A DNA stretch of 64,000 nucleotides from a virus. The stretch lies in IMG/VR virus record IMGVR_UViG_3300047160_036265; one strand, 5' to 3'. The stretch's first letter is position 1; each line of letters begins with the position of its first letter. A model generated the notes under the pieces. The model was not told the origin of the DNA, ran no database searches, and saw only the letters and a program-made list of their open reading frames with translations. Positions 17,870-26,090 of this stretch are shown here, in pieces. The position numbers and the translations under genes are program-made.

Positions 17870-18661
17870 TCGTCCTGACCGACTTCTTCGCACGAGTTGA
17901 AGAGGATGTCGAACTTACCCCGCATCACAGCGTCGATATTGCGGGTCTTCACCCCCAGGCGGTGGTCGGCCACGCGACTCAGGATGAAGTTGTAGGTCCG
18001 AATCTTCGCGCCCCGTCCGCCGTTGCCCAGGGCTTCCTTGCGGGCCGAAGCGTAGGCGTTACTAGCAGCCTGGCGGCGCTTCTCACGCCAGCGGGCGTTG
18101 ACGATCTTGATGGCCTCTTCCTTGTTCTGGCCCTGGTCCCGCCCGTTGATAAAGACCCGGATCGTCGGGTCTTTCTTATAGACGCAGCGGATGGCGCTCG
18201 CCACCTTGTTGACATTTTGCCCGCCAGCCTTCTGGTGCCCCGTCTGGGCGGTGATTTCCAGGTCGCCCAGGGGGATCACATCCTTGGGGTCGGCTGGGGG
18301 CAACGGCAGGACCGCCACGGAAATCATGCTGGTCTGGCGGCGTCCCCTGGTTTCGGTGGGAGGAACGCGCTGGACGCAATGACCCCCGGTTTCGTGCTGG
18401 AACGCCTTGAAGACGCCCCGGCCCCGGAACTGGATGATGACGTGGCCGTTTTCAGAAGTGAGAGTTTCGTGCCGGAAGCCCAGAGACAGGCCGTACTTAC
18501 GGTAGGCTTCCGCCAGGTCTTCCACGAAGAGCTTGGAATCCTGGCCACCCTCACCGAACTGAAGTTCAACGATCAGTTCGGTGGAGTTCTCAAAGACAGT
18601 CGAGGGGTTTGTTCGGGACGACCCGCTCCTGATAGGTGTGGCGCTTGAATTTCTTGCTCAT
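17866..18661 (-). CDS. Class-I peptide chain release factor homolog lacking domain 1, expressed through a +1 frameshift (join 18661..18593 and 18591..17866)
   Basis: ORF0 opens with RBS GAAAGGAG and ATG 18661, encodes MSKKFKRHTYQERVVPNKPLDCL and ends ..CTT TGA G. The +1 frame continues ENSTELIVELQFGEGGQDS...HETGGHCVQRVPPTETRGRRQTS...QTGHQKAGGQNVNKV...KIRTYNFILSRVADHR, i.e. RF domains 2-4 with the GGQ motif. Confidence 0.7.
18590..18595 (-). other. prfB-type programmed +1 frameshift site CUU UGA (G)
   Basis: Identical to the conserved RF2 autoregulatory shift site. No AGGGGG-like stimulator precedes it. Confidence 0.55.
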
Positions 18662-18746
18662 GGCAGTTGCTCCTTTCAAAAGGGTTGCGGTAATCCACTC
18701 TTTCATGATACTGGCCCGATTTCCGTTTGTCAAACCTATATAGGGC

Positions 18747-19022
18747 ATGAAATCATTTACTGAGTGGCTGACGGAAACGGACCCCGATCTTGCTGAAGGC
18801 TTTTGGGGGAAGGCCGGGGCCTTGGGGATGGGCATGGGCGGGGCGGTGCTGGGCGGTGCCGGTGGCCTGGCGGCTGGTGCGGCCCTGGGCGGACCTGCCG
18901 GAGCAATACCAGGCGCATTGGGCGGCTGGCTGGCCGGCAAGAAGGCGGGCGTAGCCGGGGCCGAAAGGCTGTTCCCCAAGGACGTGGTGGAACTGATGAA
19001 GAAGAAGATGAAGAAGAAATAA
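18747..19022 (+). CDS. Gly-rich (glycine-zipper) small protein
   Basis: GALGMGMGGAVLGGAGGLAAGAALGG followed by a KKKMKKK tail. Confidence 0.45.
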   Translation: MKSFTEWLTETDPDLAEGFWGKAGALGMGMGGAVLGGAGGLAAGAALGGPAGAIPGALGGWLAGKKAGVAGAERLFPKDVVELMKKKMKKK

Positions 19023-19025
19023 AAA

Positions 19026-19052
19026 CCCAGGCCACCTTGCGGGTGGCCTGGG
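19026..19052. terminator. bidirectional hairpin terminator
   Basis: cccaggccacc-ttgcg-ggtggcctggg, with AAATAAAAA on the plus side giving a T-run for the minus strand. Confidence 0.45.
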
Positions 19053-19068
19053 TCGTTGACTAGATCAC

Positions 19069-19740
19069 CTAGTCGGCGTTCTGGTTGTCGAGTTCGATGT
19101 TCCAGTAGGCAACATCAAGCCACTGCTTCCAACTCTCGTAGTGGATGTCACCACGGAAGAAGTTGTACTTGGGCTTCTTCGGCTCCTGCACCTGGACCGA
19201 CCACTGCTTCTTGCCGCTCTGGAAGAAGACCGTGAACATATGCCCGGACTTCTTCGGCATACGGTCGGCCTTCGCCTTGTTGCAGCCCACGCAGGCCAGC
19301 AGGCAGTTCTCCCACGTCGTCTTGCCCCCTTCGGAGCGAGGAACGATGTGGTCGATGGTCAGTTCCTCGGACGGGAACCGCTTGTGGCAGTATTGGCACG
19401 TCAGCGCATCGCGCTTGTAGATCGTCCGCCGGCTGAAGTGAATCTTCTGGATCGGCAGCTTGTCGTACCGATTCAGCTTGATGACTTCAGGGATGCGGAA
19501 CAACCCACGGCAAGCGTGAATCGCCGCCTCACCGTCCTTTGGCCGCAGCGCCGCCCACTCCTCCCAGGTGTACGGAGTGATGTTGCCTTCCGAGTGGTCA
19601 ACAATGTGGGCCTTCGGCGCACCCGTGGCGTCCGTGGAGAACAGCATCACGATAGCGCGAGGCAGCGTGACGAGTCCCACAGCCGTCCAGTTCTTGTTGA
19701 GTACCAAACACTTACGTTGCGCAAAAGCCCTCATGTTCAT
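19069..19740 (-). CDS. HNH endonuclease
   Basis: CQYCHKRF...LTIDHIVPRSEGGKTTWENCLLACVGCN is the HNH motif. Confidence 0.75.
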   Translation of the reverse strand: MNMRAFAQRKCLVLNKNWTAVGLVTLPRAIVMLFSTDATGAPKAHIVDHSEGNITPYTWEEWAALRPKDGEAAIHACRGLFRIPEVIKLNRYDKLPIQKIHFSRRTIYKRDALTCQYCHKRFPSEELTIDHIVPRSEGGKTTWENCLLACVGCNKAKADRMPKKSGHMFTVFFQSGKKQWSVQVQEPKKPKYNFFRGDIHYESWKQWLDVAYWNIELDNQNAD

Positions 19741-19837
19741 TTCCCCCTATAACACGGGTTTCCTCCTTTTCACGGCTGTCTTTACAGGTAGACATCGACC
19801 TCGGCAGATAGGTTCACGGGAACAACCCGAAACTTAC

Positions 19838-19909
19838 TGGCTGTAGAAGGGATCGAACCTTCGTTTCTTCCTTATGAGAGAAGCGTCTTGGCCACTAGAC
19901 GATACAGCC
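19838..19909 (-). tRNA. tRNA-Met/Ile2 (anticodon CAT)
   Basis: Manual fold: acceptor GGCTGTA/TACAGCC, D-stem GTCT/AGAC, anticodon loop CTCATAA, T-arm GAAGG-TTCGATC-CCTTC. No CCA encoded. Confidence 0.8.
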
Positions 19910-19937
19910 CTGACTTATCTAGGCAACTCCCCGGCGT

Positions 19938-20372
19938 TTATTCGTCGTCCAGGGAGCGATACTGGCTGGGCGGGTCCACCTTCTTCCTCGGCCCCTTCTT
20001 CGGTCGGGGCGGATTCCGCCTCATCTTTTCATACTGCTGCAAGTAGGCGTTGTCAAGTAGAACCTTGAAATCCGTCATCTGCGTCTTCATCATCTCGTCC
20101 ACCTGGCCCCGGACCAGCCGCACGCCCTCGCCCGCTGACTTGAGCAAATCATCGGCTATTTCCCGCAGCTTCGCTTCCACGTTGCCCTTGAGAACGGCAA
20201 AATCAGCATCCATCTGGCTTTGCAACTCGCCAGCCTTCTGCTCCATGAAGGCGTGGAAGCGATCCCGATGCTCGTCCAGGCGGTCCAGTTTACCCTGGAG
20301 CCGTCTCACCCGAAAGCCCAACCATAGGCACAGGGCAAGCAGCCCCGCAATTGCAATCCATGCCATCATCAT
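19938..20372 (-). CDS. membrane-anchored coiled-coil protein
   Basis: N-terminal transmembrane segment MMMAWIAIAGLLALCLWLGF followed by charged helical sequence. Confidence 0.5.
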   Translation of the reverse strand: MMMAWIAIAGLLALCLWLGFRVRRLQGKLDRLDEHRDRFHAFMEQKAGELQSQMDADFAVLKGNVEAKLREIADDLLKSAGEGVRLVRGQVDEMMKTQMTDFKVLLDNAYLQQYEKMRRNPPRPKKGPRKKVDPPSQYRSLDDE

Positions 20373-20390
20373 TATAAGGGGAGTAAGGGT

Positions 20391-21113
20391 TTATATTACG
20401 TCCTCGGAAAGACGCAGGCTGTCACGGTGTATTTGTTCGGCATTCTCGGCGTACCAGGCGGCGTGCCAGGAGTGTTTGCTGGCAACGTCCTCTGGACTGC
20501 GGCGAGCGTCATTCCGCCCCCAGCGCCACCTGATCCAGTCCACGCCCAGAAAGGCCATGTGCAGCAGTTTCAAATCGGGGTCGTCATCAAAAACTACCTC
20601 CCCTTCGGGCTTTGCCTTGTGACACCCAGGGCTATAGTTCATTTCGACAATTTTCTTCGGGTCGAAGATCGCCGGCTTGCTGAAGTTTTTGAAAAACTTC
20701 CCCCTTCGCACCTGCTTGATAATCGGCTGCCCGCTAATCGGGAAGGCTTCTGATACCATGTCATAGCCTACCGGGCGGGGAATGGTGACGCCCCTGCTTT
20801 TGCAGGCCATCAGATATTCCAGCAACGACGGGTGGAATATAAATTCATCTGCATCGCATACAACCACCCAATCCGCTTGCTGGCTGCGCAACTTCCACGC
20901 ATTATTCTTCAGATGCAAGTTGGCCAATTCCCGGCAGTACCCTCCGGTGGGATGAGGCTCGACAACAGCCCCGCTCCCTTCCGCTATTTCCACCGTTCGG
21001 TCATTACTTTCGTTGTCGTACAGGAATATTTTTTCCGCACAACGGTAATGATCCAGAAAGAATGGAAGGAGGCGTTCCTCGTTATGAACAATGCTGTGAA
21101 CGTGGATTATCAT
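20391..21113 (-). CDS. glycosyltransferase family 2-like protein
   Basis: YDNESNDRT and VVCDADEF (DxD). Confidence 0.55.
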   Translation of the reverse strand: MIIHVHSIVHNEERLLPFFLDHYRCAEKIFLYDNESNDRTVEIAEGSGAVVEPHPTGGYCRELANLHLKNNAWKLRSQQADWVVVCDADEFIFHPSLLEYLMACKSRGVTIPRPVGYDMVSEAFPISGQPIIKQVRRGKFFKNFSKPAIFDPKKIVEMNYSPGCHKAKPEGEVVFDDDPDLKLLHMAFLGVDWIRWRWGRNDARRSPEDVASKHSWHAAWYAENAEQIHRDSLRLSEDVI

Positions 21114-21116
21114 ACC

Positions 21117-21566
21117 TCAATAGAGTTTCAGCGGGTGGATTCCCTGTGGGCCGGTGATGCGGTCAATCGCTTCAGCCTGGGTCGGCCCGATGCCCAGGGC
21201 GGTATAAGTTGGAATGCCCTTCATACCCTCGCCAGTGGCCGTCAGGCCGGCGTCTTGGATTAAGAAGACTTCAAGGCCAGCCTGCTTGCACAGCCGCTCG
21301 ACCTCCAGAAGCTCCTCCTCGTCCTTGGCCTGAAGAACCACCTTGGTGGTCATGCCGCTCTCCATCCATACCCGTTGTTCAGGGTTGATGCGGAGGGCGT
21401 CCCAGATGGTGCCCTTAGTCTGTGAGGAACCGCTGGCAGCCCAGAGAACCCGGTGGATCAGGAACGCCGCTGCTGCGTGGCTCCCCTGGGCTATCTCCTT
21501 GCCCCGGCGCATCCCCAAGTCCCTGCGGATCACCAGCACTTGCTTCACTTCGTCGTGCGTCGGCAT
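21117..21566 (-). CDS. pth2: peptidyl-tRNA hydrolase, PTH2 (archaeal/eukaryotic) family
   Basis: KQVLVIRRDLGMRRGKEIAQGSHAAAAF and KVVLQAKDEEELLEV...LIQDAGLTATGEG...ALGIGP align with the Pth2 consensus. Confidence 0.7.
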   Translation of the reverse strand: MPTHDEVKQVLVIRRDLGMRRGKEIAQGSHAAAAFLIHRVLWAASGSSQTKGTIWDALRINPEQRVWMESGMTTKVVLQAKDEEELLEVERLCKQAGLEVFLIQDAGLTATGEGMKGIPTYTALGIGPTQAEAIDRITGPQGIHPLKLY

Positions 21567-21813
21567 AGCTCATCCCCGTGTGGCCCCGTTTGGCGTGAAG
21601 GTCCGCCTTAGTTTCTTCGCGTACCCAGGCAACAAATTCACAAAGAATCTGCCAGCGGGCCTGGGCGTCCTCATGTTTAGTGTACTGCGTCAACAGCCAG
21701 TGCGACAGCTTGACATCCAAATGTTCCTGAAATTCCTCAAGGAATTCGGCCATATGCGCGAATGATCGCATTATATCCTCGGTAACGGTCTGGGGCTTTT
21801 TCTCGTTGCTCAT
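21415..21813 (-). CDS. hypothetical protein (low confidence; extent uncertain, overlaps pth2 start by ~150 nt)
   Basis: ORF MSNEKKPQTV...; the C-terminal part is low-complexity. Confidence 0.25.
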   Translation of the reverse strand: MSNEKKPQTVTEDIMRSFAHMAEFLEEFQEHLDVKLSHWLLTQYTKHEDAQARWQILCEFVAWVREETKADLHAKRGHTGMSYADARRSEASAGDPQGLGDAPGQGDSPGEPRSSGVPDPPGSLGCQRFLTD

Positions 21814-22003
21814 GGTCGGTAAGGTCGTAAAATATAGGTGGTTCCAGAAGCTTGGCTGGCAACGCCATTTCCTCAAAGAGCTTCCGGTTGAAATATTCGA
21901 GTTCCAGCGAGAACTCGTTGCTGGGCGGTGTCGTGGTCATGGGCAGGGGCAGAAAGTATTCTGCAAAGTGGTAGTTTTCAACCCACTCGTCGTAGGATCG
22001 CAT
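21737..22003 (-). CDS. hypothetical small protein
   Basis: RBS GAGGAGG precedes the MRSYDEWVENYHF start. Trimmed from a longer ORF. Confidence 0.4.
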   Translation of the reverse strand: MRSYDEWVENYHFAEYFLPLPMTTTPPSNEFSLELEYFNRKLFEEMALPAKLLEPPIFYDLTDHEQREKAPDRYRGYNAIIRAYGRIP

Positions 22004-22127
22004 ATCTCGGCCTCCTCTCGCCCTTCTTCCAGGCACTTTCGTGCTTCGGTGACATCCCCACACTTGACGCCGTACAACCAGGCCAACTGTTCCTCCTGAT
22101 ATTGCGTCACCCACTCGACGTAGCTCC

Positions 22128-22694
22128 TCAATATTCCTCCTCGACGGTGGCCCGGAACCACGAGAACTTACTGAAGGTAACGTGCATTTCGGTGCCATCG
22201 CTGAAGAGAATATGATGAATGAACCGGCCCTGGTCATCAATATCGAACTCGTCGTAGAGCCACAGAAAGGCCCAATCCTCCCCGTCCTTGGGGAAACCGG
22301 GGCCGTGGTGCCGTTCACAATGCGGCTCGGCTTCGAGCAGATAAGTGATCGACACCACCATCGACTTCTGCGCATCCTCCTCAGACGGCTCCTTGGGGCC
22401 AAAGTCCAGACGGGTGATGATTTTGAATTCCTCTCCGGCCCGAAAGACCCCGGCAGTGCGGCACCAGGGGTCGGGGGTAGCGTCATGCAGGCAGGTCAGG
22501 TCGAGGAACTTCTGCACCCCCGCCGGCAGACTGCTTTCGTTCTTTTGCAGCCACTTTTCGTATTCCTCGCAGCCCGCTTCCCAAGCCGCCGCCACCTTTT
22601 CCTGGTCCTCGGCCTCGTCGTTCATGCGGTTTACGAGATCGGCGCTCATGTAGTGCATACGATGTCTCCTTATATTTATCTCCGCATTGGTCAC
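22128..22694 (-). CDS. hypothetical protein
   Basis: 188-aa ORF. Confidence 0.45.
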   Translation of the reverse strand: MTNAEINIRRHRMHYMSADLVNRMNDEAEDQEKVAAAWEAGCEEYEKWLQKNESSLPAGVQKFLDLTCLHDATPDPWCRTAGVFRAGEEFKIITRLDFGPKEPSEEDAQKSMVVSITYLLEAEPHCERHHGPGFPKDGEDWAFLWLYDEFDIDDQGRFIHHILFSDGTEMHVTFSKFSWFRATVEEEY

Positions 22695-22857
22695 ACTTAT
22701 AAATCAGCGTGACCACATGATCCCAACTCTCCTTGACGAATTCGGCGTGAACAAAGCCGCCGCAGACGCATTTCTTGGGGTAGCTTAACCAGCATTCCCC
22801 GCACCGCCGATCACCGATTTGGTGTTCGGCCTTCCCTACCAGAATTGTAGTAGCCAT
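22483..22857 (-). CDS. hypothetical Zn-ribbon protein (3' extent uncertain)
   Basis: CGEC...CVCG...CDQCG motifs. The long low-complexity tail overlaps the next gene. Confidence 0.35.
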   Translation of the reverse strand: MATTILVGKAEHQIGDRRCGECWLSYPKKCVCGGFVHAEFVKESWDHVVTLIYKCDQCGDKYKETSYALHERRSRKPHERRGRGPGKGGGGLGSGLRGIRKVAAKERKQSAGGGAEVPRPDLPA

Positions 22858-22877
22858 ATTTCTTCCATCCTTTATTC

Positions 22878-23036
22878 CCCTCAAGGGTTGCGTTTTGAAT
22901 TGTTAGCGATGCACCACCAAAGGATACATCCAACGCCAAAGCCGGCCATCATCGTCGGCATCGCCCCCAACACAGTGACCGAACCGAGAAAGTAACCCAG
23001 ACACCCAAAACCCAGCACAAGCAGTAGACCGCTCAT
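22878..23036 (-). CDS. small hydrophobic membrane protein (~52 aa)
   Basis: MSGLLLVLGFGCLGYFLG... An ATGA overlap couples it to the stop of the 23033 gene. It is below the ORF-track length cutoff. Confidence 0.35.
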
Positions 23037-23743
23037 CGGTCAAACTCCTGTTTGTATTTGAAAAACTCCCTGACGCTTTCATCGTATACTTGCTGGGCCT
23101 TCTTCGTGAAGAAATCATCCAGCTTTTGCGTCGTGTCACTCTTGTGGTCCGACTGCATGAGCGCCTGGACCCGGCGGTTGTACTCCGTATAATCGACCCG
23201 GTATTCGTGGTCGTTTATAAAAGTCACCACAGGCCCTTCCTCATCGAGCGGCGGCAGCACGCCCGGCAGACAGTCCGGGTACGCATCTTCCAAGATCGTT
23301 ACGGTCTTGGGCACCATTGCGAAGAGCCGCCCACAGCATTTGGCGAAGCAGTGGCGGTCATCGGTCGCGTTCATGCCTGGTGGTCCAAGCTGCCACTTCA
23401 AAGGCCGGCGGCAGTACATGCAATGGCCTCGTTCCAGGGCATCACTGTATTCAACCTCCGCTCCAGGCCCAAGAATCAGGGGCAGCGGGTCGGGCGGCGT
23501 CGAGTCCGGTTCTTTGGCCTGGTCTTCCTCCACACGCTTCTTGATGGTCTGAAATTGAAAATCCTCTGCTTCATCCCGTTGCGGCAGGCGAAAATCGGTA
23601 TATGGGTCTACATCGCTGCGCATAATCTCATCCAGTTTCTTATTGACCGCAATATCGTTCTTCAGGCGGTCGGCGTAAAATAAGTAATCGTCGGGCAACT
23701 TGGGCTTCTTCTGGCGTTCCTCGTCACTAATATATTTAGCCAT
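23033..23743 (-). CDS. hypothetical protein
   Basis: 236-aa ORF. Confidence 0.5.
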   Translation of the reverse strand: MAKYISDEERQKKPKLPDDYLFYADRLKNDIAVNKKLDEIMRSDVDPYTDFRLPQRDEAEDFQFQTIKKRVEEDQAKEPDSTPPDPLPLILGPGAEVEYSDALERGHCMYCRRPLKWQLGPPGMNATDDRHCFAKCCGRLFAMVPKTVTILEDAYPDCLPGVLPPLDEEGPVVTFINDHEYRVDYTEYNRRVQALMQSDHKSDTTQKLDDFFTKKAQQVYDESVREFFKYKQEFDR

Positions 23744-23751
23744 GATGCCTC

Positions 23752-24720
23752 CTACACTTCAAGCTCCTTATCGCTGAACGCCGACAGGACATGAACCCGT
23801 CCTTGGCCGGGGTGGACGCCACCGATCAGGCGGGCGGTCGGCAGATGCTCCAGCACCGCCGGCACATTTTCCTGGTTGACGCTCAGAACCAAGCCGATCC
23901 CACAGTTGAAGGTCCGGTACATTTCCTCATCGGGGATGCCCTTGGCGTGGATGTCCCGGAAAATCTGCTGGGGCTGAAGCTGGTGTTGCCGCCCGATGTA
24001 AATGTCCGTATTCTTCAAAAACGGCTTGAACTTGGTGAACGCGCCGCCCGTTATGTGCATTATCCCGTTGACCTTCCCGGCAATCGGGAACACGGCGTCC
24101 CAATATATAGCCGTGGGCATGATAAAGTCATCCGGCCATTCGCCCTTGGCCAAAAACGGGTCCAGGCTGTTGATTTGCCGCAGCAGGGTAAAGCCGTTGG
24201 CGTGCAACCCCGTGCTGGGCAGGCCGATGAGGGCATCGCCTTCGAGGAACTGGTTGACGGCGTAGACCATGACGAACCCGGACATGGTGATGCTAACATC
24301 GGGGCAGTCATTCATGTTATTTATGCTTGTCTCCCCACCCGTAAAGACAATGCTCCGGTCCTTGCACTGCTTGACCAACGCCTCGACAATCTGGATGATG
24401 TCCTCCTCATCATCCCAGGGCAGGGTAATGTGGCTCTGGAGCTTGAAGGGCTGCGCCCGGTAGGCCAGGAGATCGTTCAGGTTCATGGCCAGGGCGTCCA
24501 GGGCAGCGGCTTCCCAAGAGCGGGCCTCGTAGTGGTAGTACGCCTTGGTGCCGATACCGTCCGTGTGGTCAACCTGGCCGCTGGTCTGGCCGAACGCCGT
24601 TTTCAAAAACAAAACAGGATGGTCCCCGTAGTCAGCTACTTCCAGATAGGGACTGGTCCAGGTCGTCTTGATGAGTTCCAGCACCCGGCCCGTATACGGT
24701 TTGCTCGTATTATATGTCAT
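23752..24720 (-). CDS. purM: phosphoribosylformylglycinamidine cyclo-ligase (AIR synthetase, PurM)
   Basis: VDHTDGIGTKA, TGGETS, LPSTGLHANGFTL, ITGGAFT and FNCGIGLVL are all conserved PurM blocks. Start trimmed to MTYNTSKPY. Confidence 0.8.
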   Translation of the reverse strand: MTYNTSKPYTGRVLELIKTTWTSPYLEVADYGDHPVLFLKTAFGQTSGQVDHTDGIGTKAYYHYEARSWEAAALDALAMNLNDLLAYRAQPFKLQSHITLPWDDEEDIIQIVEALVKQCKDRSIVFTGGETSINNMNDCPDVSITMSGFVMVYAVNQFLEGDALIGLPSTGLHANGFTLLRQINSLDPFLAKGEWPDDFIMPTAIYWDAVFPIAGKVNGIMHITGGAFTKFKPFLKNTDIYIGRQHQLQPQQIFRDIHAKGIPDEEMYRTFNCGIGLVLSVNQENVPAVLEHLPTARLIGGVHPGQGRVHVLSAFSDKELEV

Positions 24721-24769
24721 CGTGGTTCCTATATAAGTCGTGAGAAACTTTGTGGAATTCCTCGACCTG

Positions 24770-25183
24770 ATGGAAAGGCAGAAGCGCACCGCCGCCAAAT
24801 CGGAGCTTTACCCACTCAGCTACGGCGGCATTGGCAATTACCCGCCCGCCTACCTGATTACCAACTCTGCCGACGCCATCTTATATTTTGATGAGGACGA
24901 GCGCCTGTTCAAGACCAATGACGCCAAGCCTTTTCAAATCACCAAGATCAACGGCACCATCATCCCGCCCAAGGGGCACGGTATGCCGGGCGAGGAAATA
25001 CCGCTCCACCCGCACGGAATGCCCGGCGTGGAAATCCCGCCCAAGGAAACGACCATGCCAGGCCGTATTGTCCCGTTTTCTTCCTGGGTGGAGTTGGTCA
25101 CGAAGCCAAAGTTGTTGGACCCGTCAAAAGAGCCTTCACAAGTGCTTCGTCCGTGGCCGTCAAGACGCGACCAGAAGCCATGA
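24770..25183 (+). CDS. hypothetical protein with degenerate 9-aa repeats (HGMPGEEIP / HGMPGVEIP / TMPGRIVP)
   Basis: ORF convergent/overlapping with the 25098 ORF. Weak. Confidence 0.3.
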   Translation: MERQKRTAAKSELYPLSYGGIGNYPPAYLITNSADAILYFDEDERLFKTNDAKPFQITKINGTIIPPKGHGMPGEEIPLHPHGMPGVEIPPKETTMPGRIVPFSSWVELVTKPKLLDPSKEPSQVLRPWPSRRDQKP

Positions 25184-25439
25184 CCTCGATGGCAAACCGC
25201 CTGCGGGCCACCCTGCGCATCTGGTCCTCCCGACCCTTGCCAGCCTGAGCCTCATGGTTCACCATCTGGCGCAAAACGTCGGTTAGGCAGGGAGCTTCAG
25301 AGTACATGCGGGCCAGCAAGCAATCCATCGTCTCTCGAAGGGCTGAAAAATCCGCACCGCCCATCCAGCAGGCATCGGTGATGGCACTGACCAGAATCCG
25401 GTTCCGCCAGATGTCAGTCGTCCTTGTCCCGAATGGCAT
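25098..25439 (-). CDS. hypothetical protein
   Basis: 113-aa ORF. Confidence 0.3.
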   Translation of the reverse strand: MPFGTRTTDIWRNRILVSAITDACWMGGADFSALRETMDCLLARMYSEAPCLTDVLRQMVNHEAQAGKGREDQMRRVARRRFAIEVMASGRVLTATDEALVKALLTGPTTLAS

Positions 25440-25710
25440 TTTTCATCCTTGCCATATAGTCCCTTTGCTGCCGACGCTTGAGGTACGCCTCCCGCTCCTC
25501 CTCGGTCAGCCGGTCAATGTCTATATAATAAACCTTTTGTTCGTCCGCCGATAGTGGAGTTTCTTTCTGCTGGTCCAAGAGGTAGAGTCGCGCGTAATCA
25601 GCGGCGACAGCGAGGTTGTACCAGACCATGTTCGACATGGACATATGAAAGTTGGTCTGACAGCGCGCCCGCAATGAAATATCTTCGAGTTCTTTGAGGG
25701 TAAATTGCAT
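25414..25710 (-). CDS. hypothetical protein
   Basis: RBS GGAG precedes the MQFTLKELEDI start. Confidence 0.45.
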   Translation of the reverse strand: MQFTLKELEDISLRARCQTNFHMSMSNMVWYNLAVAADYARLYLLDQQKETPLSADEQKVYYIDIDRLTEEEREAYLKRRQQRDYMARMKNAIRDKDD

Positions 25711-25760
25711 AGTTACTCCAAAAGTGTGACACAAGCATTATATACCAGAAAGGAGGAACT

Positions 25761-26090
25761 ATGGCTTTATTCAACATTACGTTGGGCAACCCCGGAGTAG
25801 GCAATTTTCAAGGTGGCTGGAACGGCCACGGTGGCGGCATGTACCAGAACGAGTTCTACAACCAGGGAGGCGTTATGCTCCAGGGTGTCTGGATCAACGT
25901 CGCCAATGGGGGCCAGTGCGAAATAACCCAACAGGGAAACCAAGGCATGTTCATTAACGAACGTGGAAGCCAAGCTTATGGCATGATCTACCCTGGCCGA
26001 GTTGATATTCCCGCCTGGAACACGTCTGGCATGATCGCAGGGAACCGAATTGTCTGGCCGGATGGGAATTATTGGGAAAGGATTCAGTAG
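25761..26090 (+). CDS. Gly/Asn/Gln-rich small protein
   Basis: A strong RBS AAGGAGG precedes MALFNITLGNPGVGNFQGGWNGHGGG. Confidence 0.5.
   Translation: MALFNITLGNPGVGNFQGGWNGHGGGMYQNEFYNQGGVMLQGVWINVANGGQCEITQQGNQGMFINERGSQAYGMIYPGRVDIPAWNTSGMIAGNRIVWPDGNYWERIQ

Noticed and set aside
18590-18979. 129-aa minus-strand ORF (MGNSLSAPATPAFLPAS...) upstream of the RF gene
   Set aside because: It is Pro/Ala-rich junk antisense to the Gly-zipper gene at 18747..19022. Only its last 23 codons (MSKKFKRHTYQERVVPNKPLDCL) are real; they are ORF0 of the frameshifted RF gene.
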